DNA from: a bacterium
Lineage (GTDB): Bacteria > UBP6 > JAFGXH01
Direction: 5' to 3'
Length of the DNA stretch: 64,000 nucleotides
Assembly: GCA_027064085.1 (NCBI GenBank)
Contig: JAMOQH010000126.1
Coordinates: forward strand, 5,040-69,039
In this document: piece after piece, positions 38,716 to 48,549 of the stretch
Numbering within the stretch: position 1 is the first letter of the stretch
Layout: every line of letters starts with the position of its first letter
Notes under the pieces: generated by a model
Told to the model about the DNA's origin: nothing
Database searches by the model: none
What the model saw: only the letters and a program-made list of their open reading frames with translations
Made by a program: the position numbers and the translations under genes

Positions 38716-40107
38716 TTAAATTATGATTTCTTCTAAGAATAGTAGGGGCTTTGTGTAAATTGTCTGCCCGAATTTTTTATTTGTTGTTGAATATGTTAAA
38801 AATAAATTTTCTTTTGCTCTTGTAATTCCAACATAAAAAAGCCTTCTTTCTTCTTCAATATTAGTATCTTTTCTTAAAAATATTTCTTCTCCCAAATAAG
38901 GAAGAAAAACAGTATTAAATTCTAGTCCTTTTGCACTATGATATGTAATAACTCTAATTCCATTTCCTCTATTATCAAGCTCTAGTTCTATTTTTTCCTC
39001 ATCGCTTAAAGATGTGGTAAACTCTATGTTATTATTTTGTAAGTATGGTATTAATTTTTTAATTTGCGAGTTATATCTCAATAAAATGGCGATAGAGTTG
39101 GAGTTTTTACCCATATTTATAAAAGATTTTAATTTTTCTATAATAAAATAATTTTCTTGATCTTGCTCTAAAAATACTTTTTTCTCTATTATCCCTATAT
39201 CTAAATTTGTATTATCAAGTGTTTTTTTATATCTAAATTTATTGTTTTTTATTAAAGAATTAGCTATTTTTACGATTTTTTTACTTGAACGATAGTTTAT
39301 TAATAATTTTGTTACTTTTGTGCCTTTAAACTGTTCCTCAAAGCGTAATATATTTTCAATTTTAGCATCTCTAAAACCATATATAGATTGGTCATCATCG
39401 CCAACGGCAAAAAGGTTTATTTTATTGTTTAATTTTATAATTTCTTGTATTAAGTTTAGCTGTAGAAGTGATGTATCTTGGTATTCGTCTATTAATATAT
39501 GGGAAAATTTATTTTTAAAAACTTCTCTGAATTTTTTATTGTTTTTTATGTTTTTTATTAAAACTAAGAGCATATTTTCATAATCAATCCTTTTTTGCTT
39601 AATTAATGCTGCTTCATATAATTCATAAGCTTTTTTTAAGAAAACTTCCATAGTATTATTTTTATTGACAACGAGTTCAGTATAAAATAAGCCATTTCTT
39701 TTTAGCTTTTCAATTTGAGCCATAAATGGGTCAATATAAGAACTTTTCAATTGTAATCTCTTAATACTCTCTTCAAAAAACTCTCTTTTTTCTTCTCCTT
39801 GTAAAATTATTGGAGAATAATTAAGCAAATTATATTCATTTATTAGTTTTAATGAAAAAGAGTGAAATGTACCAATATATTTTAAATAAACTCCTATCTT
39901 TTCTATTCTTTCTTCCATTTCAAGTGCTGCTTTATTTGAAAATGTTAATAATGCAATTTTTTTAGGCTCAATTGAGTTTTCTATTGTTAATTTCAATATT
40001 CTATTAATAATAACAGTGGTTTTTCCTGTACCTGCTCCTGCAATTACTAAATTAAATTGACTTTTTGAATTAACTGCTTTTTCTTGTTTTTTATTTAAGT
40101 TTATCAT
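38716..40107 (-). CDS. Short UvrD/Rep/PcrA-family (SF1A) helicase
   Basis: AGAGTGKT, TFSNKAA, TFHS, IDEYQD, VGDDDQSIYGFR, NYRS, TYHSAKGLEF, EERRLFYVGITRAK. Confidence 0.95.
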   Translation of the reverse strand: MINLNKKQEKAVNSKSQFNLVIAGAGTGKTTVIINRILKLTIENSIEPKKIALLTFSNKAALEMEERIEKIGVYLKYIGTFHSFSLKLINEYNLLNYSPIILQGEEKREFFEESIKRLQLKSSYIDPFMAQIEKLKRNGLFYTELVVNKNNTMEVFLKKAYELYEAALIKQKRIDYENMLLVLIKNIKNNKKFREVFKNKFSHILIDEYQDTSLLQLNLIQEIIKLNNKINLFAVGDDDQSIYGFRDAKIENILRFEEQFKGTKVTKLLINYRSSKKIVKIANSLIKNNKFRYKKTLDNTNLDIGIIEKKVFLEQDQENYFIIEKLKSFINMGKNSNSIAILLRYNSQIKKLIPYLQNNNIEFTTSLSDEEKIELELDNRGNGIRVITYHSAKGLEFNTVFLPYLGEEIFLRKDTNIEEERRLFYVGITRAKENLFLTYSTTNKKFGQTIYTKPLLFLEEIII

Positions 40108-41503
40108 TATCTATATCTAGTCTTTTTACCATTTCTACAAATGTCGTTCTTTTAAGCTTTAAAAATTCAGAAGCCTTTTTTTTATTCCAATTAAACTTTT
40201 TTAAAGAATATAGAATAATCTCTTTTTGATAAGATTCCATCATTTTTTTAAAATCAAATTGTTCATTGCTATTAGTATAAAATAATGAATTATAATTGTT
40301 TTCTGAAGATTTATTTATATCTTGAACTATTTTTTTGGGTAAATCTTTAACTTCAACATAACCTTCATCTTTTATAACAGAAATTCTCTCTATCATATTT
40401 TGTAGTTCTCTAACATTACCTGGCCATGAATAATTTATAAAGTAATCTAATGCTTCATGTGTTATTCCTTGAATATTAGTCTCGTATTCTTTGTTGTTTT
40501 CTTCTATGAAAAATGAAACGAGGGCAGGTATGTCAATTTTTCTTTCTCTGAGAGGAGGTAAATTGATTGGGATTACATTTATTCTATAAAATAAATCCTC
40601 TCTAAATTTTTTATCTTTAATTGCTTCTTCAATATTTATATTTGTTGCACTAACAAGCCTGAAATCTATATTTTTAGAGTATTTGCCTCCAACAGGTGTA
40701 ATATTCTTTTCTTGTAAAACTCTTAAGAATTTTACTTGCATATCTAAAGATAATTCGCCTATTTCATCTAAAAAGAGTACTCCCTTATGAGACATTTCTA
40801 TCCTTCCTATTTTATCACTTATTGCTCCAGTAAAAGAGCCTTTTGCGTGTCCAAATAATTCTGATTCTATTAACTCTCTTGGAATCGCTCCACAGTTTAT
40901 TGGAACAAATGGAGCTTCTTTTCTTTTTGATAAACGATGAATCGCTTTGGCAACTAATTCTTTACCAGTACCACTTTCCCCATAAATAAATACTGAAACT
41001 TTTTTATTTGCAATTAGTTCAATAAATTTTATAATTTCAATTATTGGTGATTTTTTACTCATAACCATTTCGGCTTTTTTTATATATTTTACTTTATTAT
41101 TTACTATTGGTTTATTATCATTTTGATTTAATATTAGATTATCATAGCTTTCAAGTCTTTTTAATTCTGTTTCTAATTCATTAAAGGATATAGGTTTTTC
41201 TAAAAAAGCATCAACTTTCCCTTTAATTGCTTTTAAAGTTAATTCAATAGTTATAAATCCAGTAATTAACATAACTTTTATATTAGGATATTTTTTTTTG
41301 GTGTAATTTAATAATTCAATACCATCACTTTCAGGCATAACTATATCACTTACAATAGTATTTATATTATATTTATCTAGAATCTTTTTAGCATCTTTAA
41401 CATTTGAGGCAATAGAAACATTATATCCTATTTTTGATAAAAATTTAGATAAATTTATGCAAATTGTTTGTTCATCATCAACAATTAATATATTTTTTCC
41501 CAT
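40091..41503 (-). CDS. sigma54-dependent response regulator (NtrC family; REC-AAA-HTH)
   Basis: Receiver (VDDE, SDIVMP, EKP), GESGTGKE, ELFGHAKGSFTGA, FLDEIGE, WPGNVRELQN, HTH LKRTTFVE. Confidence 0.95.
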   Translation of the reverse strand: MGKNILIVDDEQTICINLSKFLSKIGYNVSIASNVKDAKKILDKYNINTIVSDIVMPESDGIELLNYTKKKYPNIKVMLITGFITIELTLKAIKGKVDAFLEKPISFNELETELKRLESYDNLILNQNDNKPIVNNKVKYIKKAEMVMSKKSPIIEIIKFIELIANKKVSVFIYGESGTGKELVAKAIHRLSKRKEAPFVPINCGAIPRELIESELFGHAKGSFTGAISDKIGRIEMSHKGVLFLDEIGELSLDMQVKFLRVLQEKNITPVGGKYSKNIDFRLVSATNINIEEAIKDKKFREDLFYRINVIPINLPPLRERKIDIPALVSFFIEENNKEYETNIQGITHEALDYFINYSWPGNVRELQNMIERISVIKDEGYVEVKDLPKKIVQDINKSSENNYNSLFYTNSNEQFDFKKMMESYQKEIILYSLKKFNWNKKKASEFLKLKRTTFVEMVKRLDIDNDKLK

Positions 41504-41549
41504 TTCCCCTCCAAAATCATTAAGTGTGTCGGATTTTTGTCAAAAAATA

Positions 41550-42590
41550 TTAATTTTTTTGTTTAAGTTCTAGAACTTCACCATGTTTATGAAAAGCATA
41601 TCCTTTTGTTAAAATTTTGTTCAAAAAGTCATATAATTGTTTTTTTGTTAATTTAGCATCAAAATATCTATTTTTTAGTATAAAATTATATTTTTTTATT
41701 TCTTTTTTAAGATTTTTATAATCTTTATCAAGTATATGTATTTTAGTTTTGCCTTCTATAATTGCTTTTATAAAAGGTTTAACTGAATTCATTCCTTTTA
41801 TTTTTATTTTATCTCCGTTTTTTTTAGCAATATAGGAGTTTCCATTAGTATTATATATCCATACATTTTCTTTTTTTAAAAAAACACTGTATTCAACTGG
41901 TAACTTTTTATTTTTAAAATTCCAACCTGTTAATTTAATTGATATATTGAGATTTTTAAATTTCTTTTCACCTAAATCACCTGATGCAACCAAAGAACCT
42001 TCAATTTTATTTGGTAACTGACTCTCTACTTTATAGAATTCTCTCACTATTGTTTGTTTGTTTGGTAAAGTTTTACCCTTATATGAATAAACTTTATTTA
42101 TCCAGTTTTTATCTAAGTAGAGATATGAAATACTAATATTATTTTTATATGTATCATTATGTATATTTTGAATGAGTGCTTTTAAAGGGTAGCTTCTAGT
42201 TTTACCTGGATAAATAACTGTTTTTAGCTTATGGACTTCTGGAACGGCATGTTCTTTTCTACCAGCTAATTTTTTATTGGAGTAATATTTCATATTAAAT
42301 CTTTTACCTTTCCTAAATTGATGTTTTAAAGCTTTTAAGTATGTTGTCCCTCTATAGTATCTTGTTGTCGTTGGATCGGCAATTTGTATTGCAATAACAG
42401 TAATAGGATATAAGCCCCTATTAGTTATTTGAACTTTAATATCAGTAAGGGTACCTTGAGCTATCGTTTGAGGATATATTAATTTAGCAACAAGGGGATT
42501 ATTTGTATCAATTTTTTCTTTATGCATACAACTTGTTATATTAAATATTAAAAGTATAAAAATAAAGAAAAAATTAAAGTTCTTTTTCAA
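41550..42590 (-). CDS. Hypothetical lipoprotein
   Basis: TTG start at 42590 after AAGGA is inferred; hydrophobic signal ending ITSC; Ig-like-looking N-domain. Confidence 0.65.
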   Translation of the reverse strand: MKKNFNFFFIFILLIFNITSCMHKEKIDTNNPLVAKLIYPQTIAQGTLTDIKVQITNRGLYPITVIAIQIADPTTTRYYRGTTYLKALKHQFRKGKRFNMKYYSNKKLAGRKEHAVPEVHKLKTVIYPGKTRSYPLKALIQNIHNDTYKNNISISYLYLDKNWINKVYSYKGKTLPNKQTIVREFYKVESQLPNKIEGSLVASGDLGEKKFKNLNISIKLTGWNFKNKKLPVEYSVFLKKENVWIYNTNGNSYIAKKNGDKIKIKGMNSVKPFIKAIIEGKTKIHILDKDYKNLKKEIKKYNFILKNRYFDAKLTKKQLYDFLNKILTKGYAFHKHGEVLELKQKN

Positions 42591-43674
42591 TTTCGATCCT
42601 TTTAATTTGTAGGTATTTTGTTTTTGCATTTTCTAACCTCTTTAAAGTTTTTTTAATCCAAAGATTATTCTCTGATAATCTTTCTGACATTGCAATATTT
42701 TCTTCAAATATTGCAATTGCTTTTTTTAATAAGTTTTGTATTCTTATTTTTAATTCTTCTTTATATACAATTTTTTCTTCAAATGTTAATTTTACATTTA
42801 TTTTTGCTTTAACTATTTGATTATAAAATATATCATACATCTCACCTATTCTATAGCCACTTGCTGTTGCCCAGTATTTATCTTTAAAATTCATACTATT
42901 CATATAATAATTTTGTGCTCTTAAAACTAATTCAGACTTTTTATCTAAAATTTTAGTCATTTTTTTCACAGTTCCAATAATTTTTATTTCCTTAAATCTT
43001 TTATGAGTTATTTCGCCTACAAAAAAATACCCCATACTTAAGAAATATCTTTGCTCTCTTGATAAATAGGAAAATATTTTTCTATGTTTCTTAAATTTCC
43101 TATAAGCTTTTAAACTTGTAAATTCAGCATCATCAAATCTATTTTTATGATATAAAGCAACTTCATAGCGAATAGATAATTCAATATAATCCCATTTATT
43201 ATCTATAAAATTAAATTTTTTATAATATTTATCTAGTAATTCATTTATTTTAGTCCATTTTTTGTTTTTTCCATATATTTCTGTGATATTTATTATAATA
43301 TCTATTAAAAATTGCTTATCTATATTTTTGTTTTTTAATAAATTTAGGTAAATTTCCAAAGATTTATCAAATTTGTTCATTTTGTAATATGTTACTGCAA
43401 TATTATAGTTTAATAATGGTTTATCTTCTTTAGAAATTATAGTTTTTAACTTATTATAAGTTAAAAGTGCATTTTTGTAGTCATTTGATAATACAAAGTC
43501 ATTAGCTTTTTTAAATAGTTCAGATAGTGAAAGTATTTTATCTTTTTTTACAATGAGTGGTTCCATCTCAATTATTTCTTCTTGAACAGTTGAATCAAGG
43601 TGTTTTTTTTTAATAGTTTTATGGTTACAAGAAGATAATATAAAAATTAAGAATAAAATTATTAGCTTATTCAT
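42574..43674 (-). CDS. TPR-repeat lipoprotein
   Basis: Lipobox LSSC; TPR helices (YNIAVTYYKMNKFDKS); C-terminal WATASGYRIGEMYD...YKEELK...KAIAIFEEN. Confidence 0.8.
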   Translation of the reverse strand: MNKLIILFLIFILSSCNHKTIKKKHLDSTVQEEIIEMEPLIVKKDKILSLSELFKKANDFVLSNDYKNALLTYNKLKTIISKEDKPLLNYNIAVTYYKMNKFDKSLEIYLNLLKNKNIDKQFLIDIIINITEIYGKNKKWTKINELLDKYYKKFNFIDNKWDYIELSIRYEVALYHKNRFDDAEFTSLKAYRKFKKHRKIFSYLSREQRYFLSMGYFFVGEITHKRFKEIKIIGTVKKMTKILDKKSELVLRAQNYYMNSMNFKDKYWATASGYRIGEMYDIFYNQIVKAKINVKLTFEEKIVYKEELKIRIQNLLKKAIAIFEENIAMSERLSENNLWIKKTLKRLENAKTKYLQIKRIEIEKEL

Positions 43675-43706
43675 ATAGTTAATACTCTCAATGAATAATT
43701 TTAAAA

Positions 43707-43781
43707 TGCCCTAGGCAGGGATTGAACCTGCGGCAGACGCGGTTTAGGAAACCACCGCTCTATCCACTGAGCTACTAGGGC
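43707..43781 (-). tRNA. tRNA-Arg(CCT)
   Basis: GCCCTAG acceptor stem, GCTC-AGTGGATA-GAGC D arm, GTGGT-TTCCTAA-ACCGC anticodon arm, GCAGG-TTCAATC-CCTGC T arm; CCA not encoded. Confidence 0.95.
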
Positions 43782-43791
43782 TAATATGAGG

Positions 43792-43820
43792 ATAATACAA
43801 AATCTTGATATAAGTGTCAA
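43792..43820 (-). promoter_or_regulatory. sigma70 promoter of tRNA-Arg
   Basis: TTGACA-N17-TATTAT ending 10 nt upstream of the tRNA. Confidence 0.75.
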
Positions 43821-43836
43821 GATTTTTAATTATTAT

Positions 43837-43866
43837 TTGACAAGTGAGGCAGATTCATATTATCAT
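43837..43866 (+). promoter_or_regulatory. sigma70 promoter of the acyl-CoA synthetase gene (back-to-back with the tRNA promoter)
   Basis: TTGACA-N18-TATCAT. Confidence 0.65.
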
Positions 43867-43896
43867 AGCTCGTATATAAAATTAGGAGGCCAAATA

Positions 43897-45702
43897 ATGG
43901 TATATGAAGGAATTTATAAGAACTTAAATGAAATGTTTCAAAAAAGGGTTGAAAAGAACCCATCTGGTACCGCTTTAATGAATAAAGTGGACGGTAAATG
44001 GGAACATACAAGCTGGGCTGAATATTATGAAGCATCAAAAAATATTGGTATGGCTTTAAGAGAGTTGGGATTTAAGAAAGGTGAAAAGGTGGCTCTTCTT
44101 TCTAACTCTAGAATAGAATGGGTTATGGCTGATATGGGAATTGTTGGAGTTGGAGGTGCAACTGTTGCTATATATCAATCTAATACATCAGAAGAATGTG
44201 AGTATATTTTAGATAATAGTGATAGTTCTTTTGTATTTTTAGAAGATTTATCTCAATTAGAAAAAATGAAAGAAATTAAGGGGAATTTACCACTTTTAAG
44301 AAAAGCGATACTGTTTTCTGGTAAAAATAGTGATAATTTAGATTGGGTAATGACTCTTGATGAATTAATTGAAATTGGCCAGAAGCATGATTTGGAAGAA
44401 TTTAAGAAAATTGGTTTAGAGATTCAAGATACTGATGCGGCTGGTTTTATTTATACATCTGGAACAACAGGAAATCCTAAAGGTGCAATAATTACACACA
44501 AATCTTTACTTGCAGATGCAGAAGGTATAGTAAATGTAATTACCAAAAACAATGAAATCAAAGAGGGGGATGATACATTAATGTTCTTGCCTTTAGCACA
44601 TGTTTTTGCTAAAATTATTCATATTTTAACTATTTATCATGGAGTAAGAACTTCATTTGCTGAAAGTATTCCCAAATTAGTTGATAATATTGGAGAAACT
44701 AGGCCTCACTTAATGGGTAGTGTTCCTAGAATTTATGAAAAGGTTTATGCTAAAATTATTGGTGATGTAGAAACTGCTGGTGGTCTTAAAAAGAAAATCT
44801 TTTATTGGAGTTTAGGTGTTGGCCGAGAAGTTTCTCAAGCTATTCAAGCCAACAAGTCACTATCTCCTATTTTGAATGCAAAATATAAAATAGCTCAAAA
44901 GTTGGTTTTTAATAAACTAAAAGATAAATTTGGAGGAAGATTAAAATTCTTTGTTTCAAGTGGTGCTCCATTAGCAAAAGAAATAGCAGAATTTTTTCAT
45001 GCTGCGGGTATATTGATTCTAGAAGCTTATGGCTTAACTGAAGTTTCAGGAGCAATGACTCTTAACTTACCGGATCATTTTAAATTTGGAACAGTTGGGC
45101 CGGCAATGACTACGGTAGATGTTAAAATTGCTAGTGATGGAGAAGTTCTCTGTAAAGGCCCCATCGTAATGGACGGCTATTTTAAAAGACCGGAAGCAAC
45201 AGCTGAAGCTATTGATAAAGATGGATGGTTTCATACTGGGGATATTGGAGAACTAGATAGTGATGGTTTTTTAAAAATTACAGATAGAAAAAAAGATATT
45301 ATTGTTACTGCTGCAGGTAAAAATATTGCGCCTCAAAATCTTGAGAATTATATGAAAGGCGATAGACATATTAGTCAAATAATTGTTTTAGGTGATAAAA
45401 AGAAATATTTGGTTGCATTATTAAATATAAACAATGAAGAAGTTGCTAAGTTTGCAAATAAAAATAATATTCCATATAAAAACAACGAAGAGTTAGCTGC
45501 ACACCCTAAAGTTGTAGAATTCATAGAAGGAATTATAAATGAGAAGAATAAAGAACTTCCTAGTTATAATACTATTAAATATTTTAGAATTGTTGCACAA
45601 GAATTTAGTGTTGAAACAGGAGAATTAACTCCTACTCTTAAAGTTAAAAGAAAGTATTGTACCCAAAAATATAATGACTTAATTGAGGCTATGTACCAAT
45701 AG
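43897..45702 (+). CDS. Long-chain fatty acid--CoA ligase (AMP-dependent synthetase)
   Basis: IYTSGTTGNPKG, FLPLAH, EAYGLTE, GWFHTGDIG, ITDRKKD, GELTPTLKVKR; start reset to ATG 43897 after AGGAGG. Confidence 0.95.
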   Translation: MVYEGIYKNLNEMFQKRVEKNPSGTALMNKVDGKWEHTSWAEYYEASKNIGMALRELGFKKGEKVALLSNSRIEWVMADMGIVGVGGATVAIYQSNTSEECEYILDNSDSSFVFLEDLSQLEKMKEIKGNLPLLRKAILFSGKNSDNLDWVMTLDELIEIGQKHDLEEFKKIGLEIQDTDAAGFIYTSGTTGNPKGAIITHKSLLADAEGIVNVITKNNEIKEGDDTLMFLPLAHVFAKIIHILTIYHGVRTSFAESIPKLVDNIGETRPHLMGSVPRIYEKVYAKIIGDVETAGGLKKKIFYWSLGVGREVSQAIQANKSLSPILNAKYKIAQKLVFNKLKDKFGGRLKFFVSSGAPLAKEIAEFFHAAGILILEAYGLTEVSGAMTLNLPDHFKFGTVGPAMTTVDVKIASDGEVLCKGPIVMDGYFKRPEATAEAIDKDGWFHTGDIGELDSDGFLKITDRKKDIIVTAAGKNIAPQNLENYMKGDRHISQIIVLGDKKKYLVALLNINNEEVAKFANKNNIPYKNNEELAAHPKVVEFIEGIINEKNKELPSYNTIKYFRIVAQEFSVETGELTPTLKVKRKYCTQKYNDLIEAMYQ

Positions 45703-45819
45703 GCAAAGCTAAGTTACTGTAAAAATAAATTTATGTCTAATAATTACTGAGCTTTATTGTTATCATTTGCAATTTAATTTAATTTAATATAAAATGTATT
45801 GTTACTTTTAGGAGGCCTA

Positions 45820-46113
45820 ATGAAGTCTTTTCTTTTTCTTTTAGTATTTATTCTTTTTGCATCATTTTTATCTTCATGTACTTCAAAAGAAGATAGATGT
45901 GAACAAATTGCTTTTGCAATGATGAAACAAAATGCAATAACTGCATCAAAATATCGTTCTCAGGCTGTACAAAGGCAATGTGTAAAACATTATGATGACA
46001 GAGGATATGGTGATTGGCGTTCATGTATGCTTAGTGCAGAAGACTCCTTAAAAGAGATGCAAGAATGTAAAATTCCGCCATTTATAAGTATGGCACTTTT
46101 AAATGATATATAA
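45820..46113 (+). CDS. Small Cys-containing lipoprotein
   Basis: AGGAGG then ATG 45820; lipobox LSSC; four further Cys. Confidence 0.75.
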   Translation: MKSFLFLLVFILFASFLSSCTSKEDRCEQIAFAMMKQNAITASKYRSQAVQRQCVKHYDDRGYGDWRSCMLSAEDSLKEMQECKIPPFISMALLNDI

Positions 46114-46125
46114 AAAAGGAGGAGT

Positions 46126-48480
46126 ATGAAAATAGTTATATTGGTATTAATAAGTATATTTTCGGTATTTTTATCTAGTTGTGGAGGAGATAATACTTCT
46201 AAAACTGAAAAAAAATGTGAGCCTGCGTGTCAGGAATGGAAAGCTTGTAATAATGGTCACTGTGAGTTAAGGCTTGATAGATGTGATACCAATAAGGATT
46301 GTGAGGATAGAAATGATAATAAAATCAGTTGTAATACTGAACTACATGAATGTGTTAAAGAAAATGATACACCTATATGTACTGCAAATGAAAAAAGATG
46401 TAATGAAAATAAGCTAGAAACCTGTAATTTAGAGGGAACTGCATGGGATTTAACAGAAGATTGTGTTCAAGATAATAAAACTTGTGATATTGAAACTTTT
46501 ACTTGTAAAGTAAAGCAAGATACTTGTATAGGTATGTCATTTGATACAATTGAGGTGAAGCGATATAAAAATGAGCTTATTGGTATTAATGGAGAGTATC
46601 AGTTAACAATAGGTTTTTATGATGCAGATTCTCCTGTTGGTGTATATGATTTAGGAGAAAGTAATAATAAAAACTATTCTACATGTAATCAGTGTACTAC
46701 GGTTAGTAAATTTAATGGGGAAGAACTTGATAAAACATTTTTTCAAGTGTCTGGTTCTTTAGAAATAACTGAAGGTGATGGGAAAACCGGGGAATCAGTT
46801 GGAGAGATAACAAATATAAAATTAACAGAAGTTACTATAGAAGACGGAACATTTATTTCAACTTCCGTAGAAAATGGGGAATGTATTGAAATTGAGACAG
46901 GAGCACAATGGAAATGGAATACATTATGTACTCAAGGAAATAAAAGGTGTAATTCAGACGATAATACAATTGAAGTTTGCCAAGCAGACCATTCATGGGC
47001 AGTTGAAACGGCTTGTTTAGAAACCGAAGAATGTACCATAGATGTTGATAATGGAATTTATTGTAAAGCTTCTTATTGTGTTGTTGGTGATAAAAGATGT
47101 AATGATAATGGTAATGTTCAAATATGCAAAGAAGACAATAATGGTAATTTTTGGGATATATTTGAGAACTGTACAAATGGAACAGTTTGTGAAGATGTTG
47201 GTTTTACATGTGTTGAACCTCCTTGTACAAATGGGGATAAAAAATGTAATGCTGATAATACAGGAGTAAAAACTTGTATAAATAATTCATGGGAAGAAGA
47301 ATTATGTGCTATTGATAGTGGTGAAATATGTATGGGAACAGGAAGTTTGGTAACATGTGGGATACCATCATCAGATGCAAATTGGGTGAAAGTTAGTGCA
47401 AATAGTGTTCAGTCATGTGGGATAAAAAGTGTTGCTGGAGTGAACAAATTATATTGCTGGGGAACAGGAAGTTTTGGAAGACTCGGAAATGGAACTGATG
47501 AAAATAAATTAACTCCAACAGAAGTAAATATTACTGAAAATAGTGGCTGGACAGATGTTTCTGTTGGTGGATATCATGCCTGCGGATTAAAAAACGGCAA
47601 AATTTATTGCTGGGGTAAAAATGATAAAGGACAACTAGGAACGGGTAATTATACTGATTCAAATATTCCTGTTGAAATTAGTGGAGATAATACCGGATAT
47701 CTTGATGTAGAAAGTGGGGGATACCATAGTTGTGGTATTAAGGCAAATGGAAAATTATACTGTTGGGGTAGAAATGACAACGGGCAGATTGGCAATGATT
47801 CTCTTGATAATGTTACAACTCCTATTGAAATACCTGGAAATTGGATAAATGTTTCTTTAGGGGATAAGCATAGTTGTGGGATACAAGATATTAATGGAGT
47901 AAATACGCTTTATTGTTGGGGGTATAATTCTTATGGAAGGCTAGGTATAGATAGTGATAGTGTAATAGAATTTAAAATACCACAGAAAGTTTATGGAACT
48001 AATGGTGATACACTAAATAAAGATTGGACTAGTGTTTATGTGGGGCATGATAGTAGTTGTGCAATTAAAACAACAGGTAAAATGTATTGTTGGGGGCATG
48101 GAAATAATCATAAATTAGGAACAGGAAATACTGATAATCAGCAAATACCAACTGAAATTACTGGAGAAAACTGGGTTAGTGCGGGGATAGGTTACAGTCA
48201 TATTTGTGGGATTAAAAATCTTAGTGGTGTTAAAACTGCTTTTTGCTGGGGTAAAGCTACAAATGGAAGGCTAGGGCTTAATAGTGAAACTGAAATGAAT
48301 ACTCCTACTCAATTAACTTTAACTGGTTGGACTGAAATAACAGCAGGATTAAGCCATACTTGTGGGATAAAAGAAGAAAATGGTGGTAAAATGCAATTAT
48401 ACTGTTGGGGAAAAGCTTCAAGTGGAAGATTAGGAACAGGTAATGAAGATGATAAATGGATTCCTGCTTTAATTCCTTAG
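46126..48480 (+). CDS. Cys-rich lipoprotein with a seven-bladed RCC1/BLIP-II-like propeller
   Basis: Lipobox LSSC; four Cxx(G/N)xK(R/K)CN repeats; seven W/YxxVxxGxxHxCGIK...YCWGxxxxGxLG repeats. Confidence 0.9.
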   Translation: MKIVILVLISIFSVFLSSCGGDNTSKTEKKCEPACQEWKACNNGHCELRLDRCDTNKDCEDRNDNKISCNTELHECVKENDTPICTANEKRCNENKLETCNLEGTAWDLTEDCVQDNKTCDIETFTCKVKQDTCIGMSFDTIEVKRYKNELIGINGEYQLTIGFYDADSPVGVYDLGESNNKNYSTCNQCTTVSKFNGEELDKTFFQVSGSLEITEGDGKTGESVGEITNIKLTEVTIEDGTFISTSVENGECIEIETGAQWKWNTLCTQGNKRCNSDDNTIEVCQADHSWAVETACLETEECTIDVDNGIYCKASYCVVGDKRCNDNGNVQICKEDNNGNFWDIFENCTNGTVCEDVGFTCVEPPCTNGDKKCNADNTGVKTCINNSWEEELCAIDSGEICMGTGSLVTCGIPSSDANWVKVSANSVQSCGIKSVAGVNKLYCWGTGSFGRLGNGTDENKLTPTEVNITENSGWTDVSVGGYHACGLKNGKIYCWGKNDKGQLGTGNYTDSNIPVEISGDNTGYLDVESGGYHSCGIKANGKLYCWGRNDNGQIGNDSLDNVTTPIEIPGNWINVSLGDKHSCGIQDINGVNTLYCWGYNSYGRLGIDSDSVIEFKIPQKVYGTNGDTLNKDWTSVYVGHDSSCAIKTTGKMYCWGHGNNHKLGTGNTDNQQIPTEITGENWVSAGIGYSHICGIKNLSGVKTAFCWGKATNGRLGLNSETEMNTPTQLTLTGWTEITAGLSHTCGIKEENGGKMQLYCWGKASSGRLGTGNEDDKWIPALIP

Positions 48481-48549
48481 TTTTTATGGCATTTCAAAGC
48501 CTTAAAAGTCTTTTCCATGCAAAAAAGTAACTAGCAAAGCTATTTCTTT

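Noticed and set aside
40820-40860. GSFTGA instead of GAFTGA as a sign of an inactive sigma54 activator
   Set aside because: GSFTGA is a common variant that keeps the critical F and T residues
43707-48480. tRNA-anchored genomic island
   Set aside because: No integrase, no duplicated tRNA 3' end seen, and flanking genes are ordinary
46126-48480. Diversity-generating retroelement target
   Set aside because: No reverse transcriptase and no template/variable repeat pair seen in the window
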